A DNA stretch of 63,963 bases, the filler included, from Barthelona sp. PAP020 (taxonomy: Eukaryota): assembly GCA_040182905.1 (NCBI GenBank). It is 3 parts of 3 records of this genome, joined end to end, with 100 filler letters (N's around TTAATTAATTAA, not from the genome) between each part and the next. Parts side by side here need not be neighbours in the genome. Positions count along the whole stretch, not along the records: positions 23,177 to 46,045 come from JARQWU010000170.1; positions 46,146 to 63,963 come from JARQWU010000234.1; 1 more part is not named here. One strand, written 5' to 3'. The position numbers and the translations under genes are program-made. Under the pieces are notes generated by a model. The model was given only the letters and a program-made list of their open reading frames with translations, was not told the DNA's origin and ran no database searches. Of the stretch, positions 42,368 to 53,091 are shown one piece after another (positions within the stretch are counted from its first letter, which is position 1; each line of letters opens with the position of its first letter).

Positions 42368-44278
42368 TCAACAATTCAATTCGAATTCGGTAACATATAC
42401 AACAACAGCATCTAATGGTTCTAACAATGCTATTTCATGCTTTCTTTGAACAACAGTATAACCTCTATCAATACATTTTTGATGATAGCGCGCAGAAAAC
42501 AAATAATCAACAGAAGGACATTTGGCTGGATGATTTAAATGAACTAAACAAATAGCCACTCGAAAAGTGGTGGTTTTTTGTGAAACATTCAAGATTTTGG
42601 CATACTTTCTCCACACTTTCAATAGATTACACAGGTCATCAGTAAAAATCAAAGGTCTGGTTGGTATTTCAGGAAAGCCATGATAAATGATATCGTTTAA
42701 CTGTTCAGGTGGTGTAATTGAAAAGAGTAGTCTGACTTTTGGTGATATAAGAAAGTCATTTGAACAATTTAATCGTTTATTTGTTGCTTCAACGGGAATA
42801 TTCTTCAAAAGTTGATAATTAAACACTTTAAACGCTCTTAGGAGCTTAAAACCTTGTAATTTATACAAAGTTTTGATAATTTTGTACTCTGACATGTCAC
42901 ACAAAAGTTCTTTCAACACTATTGTCTGAGGAGAGTTCTTATTTGTTGCTTTGGTCTTTTTACGGTTGTCTGAAGGTGGAATAAAGGCCAAAATTTTCAA
43001 TTTCTCATGTAAAATGGACATATTGTCAACAACGAAATCAGCTGTATCCTTTTGCTTATGTTCAACCCTTCCAATTTTGGGTTGCTCAATATAGTATGTA
43101 TCCTCCTCGGTCTTTCCTTTCTTTTTGTTCTCATATTTCTTTTTATGACTCTTTCTGTTTGAATCTAGGCGATATGGGATGGGATTGGTTGTTATTTTTT
43201 TTCCGTTAATCCATTCCTCATTTTCATCCATAAATTGATAATATTGTCTTGGCTTTGGATTTTCGTAACTTTGTTGTTGTCTATACTCAGACATCATTGG
43301 TCTTTGTCTGGGATCAGTACGAATCATGTTGTTATAAGAAAAGAAATCGTATCTTGGTGGATTTACTGATCTTTGAGGCATTTGAGAAGTATATGTTGGT
43401 TGCTCTGATGATACAAAGGGATTTTTTTGATGAGCAGTGGAAAAATATTGTGGTTGGTAAAATTGAGCTGGAAATTCTGGAAAATGCGACCTCCAACCAT
43501 GACTGTCAGTTCTGGTTTTTTGTGTTTTTGCCTGTTTTTCTGAATTTTTCTTCAATTTCTCTCTGATGTTTCCAAAACTATCAGTTTGGATATTTTGGGT
43601 CGAAGTGGATACATTGCCAACTGTAATTTCCCTATCAACAGTTAAAGGCTTCGCTTGAACTTCACTATTAATCAAATCTTTGTGAAATGCTCCTGCTTCA
43701 AGATCTTTTTGAACATTCTGATTGAGAGTCGAAACTGTAGTTTTCTTGGTTGATTTAACAGGTTCAAACAAATCCAAATTTTCAAAATCTTTCATCTTGT
43801 CTTTTTCATCAAACAAAGGTAATGAACGAGCCAATTTATCTAGTCGATTTAAGCTGCCTGGAGATTTACCTTTTAGAGGCGCTGTTCGATAATATTCAGG
43901 ATATTTTGAAGGTAATCCCCCATGATATGACATATCTTCGGATAATTCTTTGGTTAAAGGTGTTTGAAATAATGTGTTAGAAACTTGATTAAGGTTAACA
44001 GGGGTAGCAGGTTCAGAATCTTCAATTGGTGTTGAAACTGTATCAACAGAACTTGTATTCTCAATTTCAATATCAGAAGCTTTCCCGACCACATCAAGTT
44101 CAGGTTTTCGATTGTCAATTTCTCGCAATTTTCGTTTTCCCAATTGATCAACTTGATTTTCTAACAAAGCAACGGCTTCACCTAAGTGTTGAACCAAGAA
44201 TAAAGATTCTTCTGTGGTGTCATCTTCGGAGTCATTCAAAAAATTCATTAAAAAAAAACAAAGAAGATTTATTTTCAT
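42368..44278 (-). CDS. Low-complexity protein with a C-terminal degenerate PARP/ART-like domain
   Basis: RLLFSIT…DIIYHGF…LIFTDD…RVAICLVHL…EIALLEPLDAVVVYVTEFE follows the PARP catalytic motif order. The start may be 44248. Confidence 0.55.
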   Translation of the reverse strand: MKINLLCFFLMNFLNDSEDDTTEESLFLVQHLGEAVALLENQVDQLGKRKLREIDNRKPELDVVGKASDIEIENTSSVDTVSTPIEDSEPATPVNLNQVSNTLFQTPLTKELSEDMSYHGGLPSKYPEYYRTAPLKGKSPGSLNRLDKLARSLPLFDEKDKMKDFENLDLFEPVKSTKKTTVSTLNQNVQKDLEAGAFHKDLINSEVQAKPLTVDREITVGNVSTSTQNIQTDSFGNIREKLKKNSEKQAKTQKTRTDSHGWRSHFPEFPAQFYQPQYFSTAHQKNPFVSSEQPTYTSQMPQRSVNPPRYDFFSYNNMIRTDPRQRPMMSEYRQQQSYENPKPRQYYQFMDENEEWINGKKITTNPIPYRLDSNRKSHKKKYENKKKGKTEEDTYYIEQPKIGRVEHKQKDTADFVVDNMSILHEKLKILAFIPPSDNRKKTKATNKNSPQTIVLKELLCDMSEYKIIKTLYKLQGFKLLRAFKVFNYQLLKNIPVEATNKRLNCSNDFLISPKVRLLFSITPPEQLNDIIYHGFPEIPTRPLIFTDDLCNLLKVWRKYAKILNVSQKTTTFRVAICLVHLNHPAKCPSVDYLFSARYHQKCIDRGYTVVQRKHEIALLEPLDAVVVYVTEFELNC

Positions 44279-44823
44279 TAAATTTGTTATTTATATGAAT
44301 TTTGAACGAAAAAACTTAAATAGAAACAGTTTGCCATCCAAAAAAACCGACAATTCGAAGGAAACAGACATCTTTGCAAAAATATTTTATGATCCCAATA
44401 ATCCTTCTTTAATCAATTCAAAAATTATTGAATCTTTAAATTTACATTCTCCTTTGGAATGAAACAAGATTTTAATCCGCATCTTCAAAACTTGATTTTC
44501 TATTAACATTTCCAATTCAGGAAAAAAGAATGATAGTTTTACTGACCCAATTGGTAACAAAAAATATATTCAACTATATTGATCTTTGTTGTGTCAAATT
44601 TCTTTATAAAAATTGATTCACTTCACATTATCAATCTGAAAGAGCTAAAGCATCTTTCAATGCTCTTTATAAATAAATAATTAACTATTTTTGCTTTAAA
44701 ATACTTTGAAAGAACCGTAATATAATGGTTGGTAAAAAGATAGGCAAAAGACATACATTTACATTGTTGATTGCATTTTTATGTTTCTATGACGTTGATA
44801 ATACGAAGATGATTAAAGACTGT

Positions 44824-46045
44824 TTACACACGAGATAAATCAACTGATTGTTCATTTAATTTTTTCAATTGACTCTTAGCCTTTTTGACCTGAGGATAAG
44901 TTGAAGGTAAGTATGAAATTTCAAGTAAAGTTTTTCTATATTGCTCAAATAATTGTTTGTGACGTTTATTCAAACTGAACAATTCAGTATTTAATCTCCA
45001 ATGTTCATGATCATCTTCACTATTGTTTTGGTTTTTTTTTTGTTCAACTTGTTCCAATTCGAAGATTTTTGCCTTTAGATTATTTATTAACGTTGTAGCA
45101 TTGTCCAGTTCTTTATTTTTTTCTTCAAGTGATGAATTAAGAATGAATATATCTTCTAAATCTTGTTTAATCATTAATTCCAACTGTTCTGTTGTATCAG
45201 CAGCTAATTTTTCTGATTTTTGAGGAGGTGTAAGTGTTTTTGAGTCGATTTTAGCAAATTTAACTGATTTTAATTGATTCTCCAAATTTTCAACAATGGA
45301 TGTTGATTCGATCAGTTGTTTGTCTCTTAAACTGATGGTTTTCCTTAAACTTTGATTTTGATTTTCTAAATGTGACAATTCATTTGTTAGTGTTTTCAGT
45401 TCAAATAATAATTCATTATTAGTATCTGGAGAATTCAGAGATTTGGTGGAGTTGAGGGAGTTGAGGGAATTTTGGGATTCTTTCAATTGTTCTTGTAAAT
45501 TTTCAGTCAATTGAATTCTTAAATTCAAGCTGTTTTCAAGCTCTTCTTTTTCTTCTTTTAGTTTATCAATCTGACGTAATGCGACATTTAACCCCTTACG
45601 TTTTGATTCAAATTTCTCATTCAATACATTACAATGCCTTTTTAAATCTTCAATCTCTACATTACATTTTGCAATTTTCTTCTTATCTTCTTCATCAACA
45701 TTCTTTATAATACCATTGACATTAGCAAAAATTTCATTATCATCTATTGATGTTAATGTGTCAGAAAGGTCCTTATTTACTCTAGCAAGCTTTAATCGTT
45801 CTTTTCTTTCTCTTTCTAATTCAATATAGAGATCATCAAATCTTTGAACATCAATTGTCATATCTTTCAATTTTTTATCTTTCTTTTTGTTGTCATTTTC
45901 TAAATCAACGCAATGTAAAGTTAATTTCTTGAATTCTTTTTCATTCCGTTCATTTGAACTCTCCAAATCAATAATCTGATCTCTCAAAATTAATAACTCA
46001 GCTTCCATATCATGCATCTTTTCTTTCATATTGTTGTTGTCATTT
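44824..46045 (-). CDS. Coiled-coil protein, probably 5'-truncated by the gap
   Basis: Heptad-rich throughout; the frame stays open upstream of ATG 46029 into the Ns. Confidence 0.75.
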
Positions 46046-46145
46046 NNNNNNNNNNNNNNNNNNNNNNNNNNNNNNNNNNNNNNNNNNNNTTAATTAATTA
46101 ANNNNNNNNNNNNNNNNNNNNNNNNNNNNNNNNNNNNNNNNNNNN
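46046..46145. other. Artificial contig linker (44 N + TTAATTAATTAA + 44 N)
   Basis: Same structure as 23077-23176. Confidence 0.95.
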
Positions 46146-46183
46146 CAATTCCCCTCCTGGGATTTTGACTGAAATTTGCTAGA

Positions 46184-46330
46184 ATGAGTTTTCTGAGTTT
46201 ACTTTCTTTGTAAATAAATATAGTTGTTTCACAACTGGACCAATAAAAACTTCTTCTTTGTAAATAATTGGTCAAGTTATGAAACAACTATATTCTCTTG
46301 TAAAGAAAAAGCAACCAAAGAAAACTTATT
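46184..46330. repeat. Inverted repeat / foldback (28-bp core arms 46217-46244 and 46267-46294)
   Basis: AATATAGTTGTTTCACAACTGGACCAAT versus reverse complement AATATAGTTGTTTCATAACTTGACCAAT (2 mismatches), with imperfect extension outward. Confidence 0.8.
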
Positions 46331-46360
46331 TTCTCAAATCTCGGCCGCAGAAAAGGTGTT

Positions 46361-46664
46361 GAAAATTTTGGAAAAATTCCCATTCTTTTGTATTTTTGCA
46401 AAAGAAAAATTTTAAAGTTTAAACTTTACCTTAGAAAATTTAAAGTTTTTAACAGATCAATCGGGCCTCGAAAGCTTTTAACCAAATAAACACCATTTTT
46501 TTTAATTCACTCATACGCACAGTGCTTCTTGGCTTGGAAATAATTGGAAAAATTTAAAATTCCATTTTCTTTTTGTATTTTTGCAAAAGCAAAACTTTAA
46601 AGTTCAAACTTATCTTTTCTTTTTTATTTACTCATTCGCACACAGTTTTTTGGGTTGGAGATAA
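46361..46664 (-). repeat. ~185-bp repeat family 1: full copy plus internally deleted tandem copy
   Basis: Matches 23671-23855; a second unit restarts at ~46544 (TTGGAAAAATT…TTTTGTATTTTTGCAAAAG). Confidence 0.88.
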
Positions 46665-46755
46665 TATTAACATTTGAATTGGATTTGCCTCATAAAGTGA
46701 CAAAAAAGAAAAATAATCTTTCCTGAATTTTACAAAAATTTTGAAATTTTTCAGC

Positions 46756-48804
46756 TTAAAGTGAATTGTATACTCGCAAATTTTCTGAAACTATATTATC
46801 TGTATCATTTGCAAGTGATTGAAGTGCTGCCGTAATTTCAGAAGAATTTAAGAGGTTTCCGCCAGAATTTCTTTTGATTTCTGAGCACGTCTCCAGAGCA
46901 GCAGCTCTAACGTTAGGTAATTGGTCATTCAATAATCTAGGTATGGCTGTAAATACAAAATTAACTTGATCTGGTAATTTAAACTGGAAGAATTCCTTGA
47001 CTCGATAATAATCAGTGATATCCATCTGTCTAACGTTATTCTTTCTCAGGTCTTTTTGGGAGATTAAATCAATGGCATCATGAAGTACATTGCAATCAAA
47101 ATACAATGGAATATCTGTTTGAACATTGGCAAATCGATCACCCACACAATCACAAAACTGCTTAGCAACATTAAATTTGTGTAAAATAGAGCACATACTC
47201 AACTGGTATCTATCTACCAATTTTGTCAGGTTGTTGGAAACACCATTTAAAATATGGCCTAACTTAAATTCAACTAAAGCAGATGGAGGATGAATTAAAT
47301 ATCTATAACTTCTTAACGCAGCAATTCTGACAAGATAAGAATCAGAAGCAGCTATGGTCAATAATTTGGATAAAATCACTTCATTTATAATCGAATTAGG
47401 AAGCACTGGAATAATCAAAGCCAAAACAAATGATGCAGTAATTCTAACCATATGTGCATGATCAGACAATGCTTGAAATATTGAAGGCAAAAATTTTTCT
47501 GTGAATAAATCTTGAGACACACAAATAAATACAAAAGGCAACTGTTCTAATGCTGCCATACGAACAGAATAATTAGCGTCAGAAAGGTTGGATACCAATA
47601 CAGACAAAATTTCGTGAGTTGCTGCTTCTTTACCCACTGCCATCAAAAGAAACATAATTTTTGATGTGGCCAACATTCTGACTCGATTGTTTGGGTCTCT
47701 AAATAATTTGTTCAGTTTCGGCAACAGTTTTGATGTGACAAAAGTGTGATCAATTTTGGTTGCGACCTCAAAAAGCCCTTCACAAATAGCTGCTCTTACA
47801 GGAGGAGCAGGATCGGTAATAAGTTTCATAGCTGTGGGCATTACATATCTGGTAATTGTTTGTGGTCTTAAATTATTACAAATATCAAGGGTAAATTGAG
47901 CAGTGTTATAACGAACGACCATCTCAGCATCAGTTAATAAGGTACAAAATAAAGAGACCAATGTTGATTGAATCATTTCTGCATCCAACGAAGCAATAAG
48001 TTGATCCAAGTTGTATGCTATGGCTAAACGCACAACCCAAGCCTTATCAAAGAACATTTTCTTTAAAATAGCAAACAATGGTGGTGTAATATAAGCAATT
48101 CGTGCTTCTGCAGCAAGCTTTAATGAGGTAATTAAACATAAGGCTAAACTTTCTCTAGTTAACGCATCTTCATCCTCAACCCTAGGACCCAAAGGTTGAC
48201 AAAATGCAGCAGCAGCGCTCTCATCAAGATGAGGTACAATATAAGGACATGCAGTAAGAGTCGCTCGTCGAACAAGTGAGGTCGAATCACTTATCAATTG
48301 TCCAAGCAACGTAAGAAGGTCTTGGCGTTCTTGGGGGGGCAAGATAGGATACAACGTTTTCATCAATCTTGGAGCAGCACAACGCGGATGATGAAAACCT
48401 TCAAATGTTGCTAAACGACGCAGCAATGGTAAAGCACTGGAAATAGCTTGATTAGGAGATAAATATCTGATTATTTGAGATAAACTTTCAGAAGCACGCT
48501 CATGAACTAAAGGTTCAGGATTCAGACATAGATCTTCTAAAATTGGGAACAAGCAATCAGCATATTGAGGTCCACCGATAAAAGGCAAAAAATTAACTAA
48601 CTGATCAGCTAAAATGTATAAAAGATCATCAGAAAAACATATTATTCGTTCTTGTAAATATGGTAACAGCTTGCTTCGAGTATCAGATGCACCCATAGCC
48701 AAAGAAACAGTAGAAAGTTTTCCCATGGCATCTAAACGTACTCTGAGGTTTTGATCGAACAAATCCTCAGCGAAAACTTGTAACGGATTGATGGGACCAG
48801 ACAT
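46756..48804 (-). CDS. Protein phosphatase 2A scaffold subunit A (HEAT repeats), divergent
   Basis: 'PLQVFAEDLFDQNLRVRLDAMGKLSTVSLAMGASDTRSKLLPYL', 'FLPFIGGPQYADCLFPILEDL', 'DKAWVVR' and 'DQLPNVR' match PR65/A. Confidence 0.9.
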   Translation of the reverse strand: MSGPINPLQVFAEDLFDQNLRVRLDAMGKLSTVSLAMGASDTRSKLLPYLQERIICFSDDLLYILADQLVNFLPFIGGPQYADCLFPILEDLCLNPEPLVHERASESLSQIIRYLSPNQAISSALPLLRRLATFEGFHHPRCAAPRLMKTLYPILPPQERQDLLTLLGQLISDSTSLVRRATLTACPYIVPHLDESAAAAFCQPLGPRVEDEDALTRESLALCLITSLKLAAEARIAYITPPLFAILKKMFFDKAWVVRLAIAYNLDQLIASLDAEMIQSTLVSLFCTLLTDAEMVVRYNTAQFTLDICNNLRPQTITRYVMPTAMKLITDPAPPVRAAICEGLFEVATKIDHTFVTSKLLPKLNKLFRDPNNRVRMLATSKIMFLLMAVGKEAATHEILSVLVSNLSDANYSVRMAALEQLPFVFICVSQDLFTEKFLPSIFQALSDHAHMVRITASFVLALIIPVLPNSIINEVILSKLLTIAASDSYLVRIAALRSYRYLIHPPSALVEFKLGHILNGVSNNLTKLVDRYQLSMCSILHKFNVAKQFCDCVGDRFANVQTDIPLYFDCNVLHDAIDLISQKDLRKNNVRQMDITDYYRVKEFFQFKLPDQVNFVFTAIPRLLNDQLPNVRAAALETCSEIKRNSGGNLLNSSEITAALQSLANDTDNIVSENLRVYNSL

Positions 48805-48886
48805 TTGTGATAAATAAATGGAAACAATGACAAAAAAATTGAATTTTTTTTTTATTATTCATTCAAATTGAATACACTTTAAAAAG

Positions 48887-49777
48887 ATGTCTGATGAAGA
48901 ATTTGTACCTAATGACACCGATGATGTGCCAACTTTAACTGATTTCTTGCAATCTAAATTTGAAGCTTTAACTGGAGCCACATCAGGATATCTATCTGAT
49001 AAATTACAGAATGATCAAGTATTTGCAAACCGCATTTATCAACTTAACCAACTTGATCAAGATATTATGAATATTTATGAATCTTACGCTATTGCGTTAA
49101 ATGTTTTCAAAGAGAAATATTTTGAAAAAGCAAAAGCTTTAATTGATCAAAGAAATGCTATTATTTGTGGTAATGACTCAGAAAAGATTTTGGCAGATCT
49201 TGATGGAAACAAAGGCATTCCTAACTTTTGGCTTGAAGTATTGCAAACTTTGGATTTGCCCATTAATGAGTTTGATGAGGAAGTTCTTGAGCATTTAACC
49301 AAGGTTAATTCAGTTCCTTTCAATCAAGATGATGCAAATGGAATGATTTTGACCCTTGAATTTGATGAAAACCCCTATTTCGATAATCAGATCATCAATA
49401 AAATTGTTTATATTGCACCAGGTTTTGGTGATAATTTGGAAGGAACTGAAAGTGCAACAATCGCTTGGAAAGATGTTACTTTCAAGGATAAAATTAGCTT
49501 TTTCAAGCTATTTGAGGAGCATCCTGCAATGGAAAATCCGGAAAAGTTTGAAAATAATCCAGAAATGATGAATGAAGCTTTTATGAAGGTAAAACAAGAT
49601 TTCGATTGGATGACCAAAATTTCAGACGCTTGTATTACTGCATTCACTGATTATATGGGTGATGACATCGTTTTACTGTTGGGTGGAGAATCTACTTTGC
49701 CAAAAGTTGATATTGATTTGAAAGAAGAGGATATTGAAAGAGCTTTTCCCACTCAACAACAATGTCAACAACAATAA
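48887..49777 (+). CDS. NAP1: Nucleosome assembly protein (NAP1 family)
   Basis: KGIPNFWL, LEFDENPYFDN, SFFKLF, and a C-terminal CQQQ prenylation-type motif. Confidence 0.9.
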   Translation: MSDEEFVPNDTDDVPTLTDFLQSKFEALTGATSGYLSDKLQNDQVFANRIYQLNQLDQDIMNIYESYAIALNVFKEKYFEKAKALIDQRNAIICGNDSEKILADLDGNKGIPNFWLEVLQTLDLPINEFDEEVLEHLTKVNSVPFNQDDANGMILTLEFDENPYFDNQIINKIVYIAPGFGDNLEGTESATIAWKDVTFKDKISFFKLFEEHPAMENPEKFENNPEMMNEAFMKVKQDFDWMTKISDACITAFTDYMGDDIVLLLGGESTLPKVDIDLKEEDIERAFPTQQQCQQQ

Positions 49778-49824
49778 ATGTTTCAGATTCTGTTTTTTCT
49801 CTTTATTTTCCCTTTATACGGAAC

Positions 49825-50192
49825 GTCTTTTAGAACTTTCCAAACTTGAGATCTTCAGTGATCAGTGAATAAAAAACCTTCATCTTTCTTTCTGTTGCTG
49901 CGTTCAAGGTTTCTCAAGGAACCTTTAAGTCTTAAAACATTTATTTTAATGGCCATCTAGCAGAGAAATCTATCCGATGCAGTGAGTGAAATTATCGAAG
50001 TACTAATTGTTCAAAAGAGCCCGAAGGCTTTGATATTCTTGAAATTTACCTTAAATATACAAGGTTTCTTGCAGTTCACTTATAAAAGGTCATAAATTCG
50101 GGTTTATATTGTGGAAAAGTTACCTACGTTGAGGGAAAAGAAAGAAACAGAAAATTGGGTTCGACAAAAATAACAGGCCTGTGAACATCTCT
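49825..50192 (+). repeat. Dispersed repeat family 2, copy 3
   Basis: Colinear with 7606-7960 over its whole length and with 20228-20440 over the first ~220 bp. Confidence 0.7.
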
Positions 50193-50647
50193 AATTATTT
50201 GCAAAAGCAAATAATTGATAAATTTTTTTTTATCAAAAAAATTTATATTTTGTTTTGCTGTGAAAGTACCCATTCATCATAGAAAATAAGAAACTCAAAA
50301 AAAAAATGGAGTTAATATGTGCTGGTTAGTCTTGGTTAATTGAAAAAAGAAAGTTTAACAGTAAAACTGAGCTTTAATACACTGTACAACTAACATCGCT
50401 TGCTTTACATGAAAGAACATTCATGTCGAAAAAGAGATATAGAAAAAAAAAAAAATTGAATACTTGAAATTTGACTGGAAAGAAAAAAAAACCCACCACA
50501 GAACAATACGAAACATATTTCTCAACTATAAACAGGTGAAATGACATCAGGGAAATTGACAAATTAAAACTAATATTTGCCTGCATCTCTTTTCATAATT
50601 ATTTATAATTGATCAAGTGTTTTTAATAATTTCTGTGGTTATTTGAG

Positions 50648-53050
50648 ATGAAAAAAGAAATTGTTCCAATGGGAATTTGTCCAATATGTGATATTGAGAT
50701 CAATGATTTTTTATCGTTTGAGGAGCATTGGAATCGAAGCCACTCTGTTCACCATCATCCCAAATGTCTCAAATGCGGGATTTTAAAGTTTAAATCTTTG
50801 CAAGAATTATATACTCACATTTTTGAGGATAAGAGTCACAATTTGAGAAAATTCAAATGCCAATATTGTGATATGGCATTTATTAGTAGTAAAACCTGTA
50901 AAATTCATCAGAAAAAGTATCATTTTCTTTGCAAACATTGTGGAAAAGAGTTTTCAAACAATATGGAGAGATATTGCCACATAAAAACTGTTCACATGAA
51001 ACAATTGTACAAATGCACTGAATGTGGAAAGAATTATAGTTCAATCTCCGGTTTGAATCGTCACATTAAAACCCATTTTGGAAAGAGATTTACTTGCCCC
51101 TTTGTGGATTGCAATAGAAATTTTAGCTCTAATCAGCGATGTCAAGATCACTACAGGGTGGTTCATCTTGGGCATTTGTGGACTTGCTCAATTTGTGGGT
51201 TGAAAAAGAACACTTATCAACATATTTCATCACATATGAAAGAGCATTATTCTGAGATAGAGGAAAATGAGACCAATATAGAATGTGTGGCTTGTCACTC
51301 TATTTGTGAAAATAAAGCTAAATACTTGAAGCATTTACGTGGGACCCACATGCATGAAATTGATTCAGATGGAAACATAGTTCATAAAGCGAGGAAAGAA
51401 TACCGAAAGTACTTTGGTTTCAGATGTTTAATTTGTGGGAAAAATGATTCCTTTGTATGTAAAATTCAGAACCATATAAGAGCTGAACATCTTCCACCAA
51501 AAAACACATGTCCATCCTTGAATCAAATAATTTCTAATCCGACAGATCAATTGGACGAGAAACACGCTGAACAGGATGTCTTTGAATGTGAAGGATGTCA
51601 TCTCAGCTTTAACACGTGGGATAAACTTAGAAAACATGCATATGATGTTCATATTGGTTGTCTTGATGAATTTGGCCAAATTGTTCAGTTGTCACCCTCC
51701 TCAAAATTGGAAATATACCCAAAGCCAATCGAATTGCCAATAAGAAAAGAAATAACAAAGAGCAATGTGTTGATTCAACTTTTTTCAACAGACAGCAAAT
51801 ACACATTTTCGCCATCAACATGCAATTCACGCTCATCTCTCATGTGCGTGGGTTTTAACATTAACAAAATTTATGAGCGAATTAACGTTACCCTCGCAGA
51901 TGTGATGCGACCTCTTTCAGTAAGTCAAAAAGCAAATAGATTGATCAAATGTCGCAATTGTGGAAGCCCCGATGTTTCACATAACTGTATCAGATGTTCG
52001 GTTTGTCATGGTTTGTATCACCCAGATTGTAACGTCATGCAAAATTATCCACGGTTTATTGCTGGTTTGGGGAAACAGCTTTTGCCTCTTGATCAATATA
52101 AAAAGACCTTTTCAATGTGCTATCATTGTCAAGTAAACTACTTTGGTAAACTCATTTTCTTAAATAAAATCCCCATTGAGGATGAGATACCCGATCGATT
52201 CCTTATTCCTGTTGATTCACACCAAATGATGATGCCTCTGGATCCTCAGTCAGGGATAAAGCAACGCCCTTCAACTGTTCAATTGCCACAAATCCGAGTT
52301 AATAAAAATAGGGGTCTTTTTCTACATGGTTCAAAGAAGACTAAAAATACCACCCTATTTGTTGTTACAGGTGCTGTTGTTCCATACAGTAGGGCAATGG
52401 TATCTGATGTTCGATCATTTGTTGTTGATCCAAAAGAACTGGAATCTGATCTTTCACCACAACACATGACTCGCTATGGGCATTTTCTCAAATATTGCCA
52501 TGGTCAACTGTTTGCATTTACACAATCTTCCACACACAACAATTTCTTTATGGCCATTCAGCACTCTTCTGAGCCAAATGTGTATGTCAGATTGGGTATG
52601 AACCCAATATATGGTGTCTATCTTATCTTTAAGGCACTTAGACAAATCGAACCAGGTGAAGAATTGTTTATAAATCGACACAAAACCCACTTTCTCCGAG
52701 ACGTTTATAACGCCAACATTCCAGCTTTGGTTCGATGGAAACAGAGAATTGTGGATTACTATTTTCACGCTGAGTCTCTCAAAAGTTGGGCACTTGAAAG
52801 GTTACATACCAACAAACTTGTTCAACCTTATAATGAGGCCGTTGATCCCTTATCCACCCATCACCTTCTTTGTTCATGTCATGAGTGTGCGTTTCGCACA
52901 GGGAAAAAAGCTATTTGGCGATATTCTCACTTTCACATAGGAAAATGGTTGCATCCTAAGTGTGCCTCCAAGGACATCAGATGGCAAAATCCACATTCAA
53001 TCTATCAAGCTAGACTTCACATCCAAAAGCCTGAGAAGCGTGAAGAATAA
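50648..53050 (+). CDS. C2H2 zinc-finger array + PHD-like finger + degenerate SET domain
   Basis: About 10 CxxC…HxxxH fingers. PHD-like CRNC…CSVCHGLYHPDC…CYHC. SET motifs RGLF, AIQHSSEPNV, KALRQIEPGEELFIN. Confidence 0.85.
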   Translation: MKKEIVPMGICPICDIEINDFLSFEEHWNRSHSVHHHPKCLKCGILKFKSLQELYTHIFEDKSHNLRKFKCQYCDMAFISSKTCKIHQKKYHFLCKHCGKEFSNNMERYCHIKTVHMKQLYKCTECGKNYSSISGLNRHIKTHFGKRFTCPFVDCNRNFSSNQRCQDHYRVVHLGHLWTCSICGLKKNTYQHISSHMKEHYSEIEENETNIECVACHSICENKAKYLKHLRGTHMHEIDSDGNIVHKARKEYRKYFGFRCLICGKNDSFVCKIQNHIRAEHLPPKNTCPSLNQIISNPTDQLDEKHAEQDVFECEGCHLSFNTWDKLRKHAYDVHIGCLDEFGQIVQLSPSSKLEIYPKPIELPIRKEITKSNVLIQLFSTDSKYTFSPSTCNSRSSLMCVGFNINKIYERINVTLADVMRPLSVSQKANRLIKCRNCGSPDVSHNCIRCSVCHGLYHPDCNVMQNYPRFIAGLGKQLLPLDQYKKTFSMCYHCQVNYFGKLIFLNKIPIEDEIPDRFLIPVDSHQMMMPLDPQSGIKQRPSTVQLPQIRVNKNRGLFLHGSKKTKNTTLFVVTGAVVPYSRAMVSDVRSFVVDPKELESDLSPQHMTRYGHFLKYCHGQLFAFTQSSTHNNFFMAIQHSSEPNVYVRLGMNPIYGVYLIFKALRQIEPGEELFINRHKTHFLRDVYNANIPALVRWKQRIVDYYFHAESLKSWALERLHTNKLVQPYNEAVDPLSTHHLLCSCHECAFRTGKKAIWRYSHFHIGKWLHPKCASKDIRWQNPHSIYQARLHIQKPEKREE

Positions 53051-53091
53051 ATTACAAAGTTTATCAATTTTTTTTTCCCAGTTCAATCACA

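Noticed and set aside
44824..46029. Assignment of the coiled-coil protein to MAP70 or lebercilin
   Set aside because: Generic heptad similarity only, and the gene is truncated by the gap.
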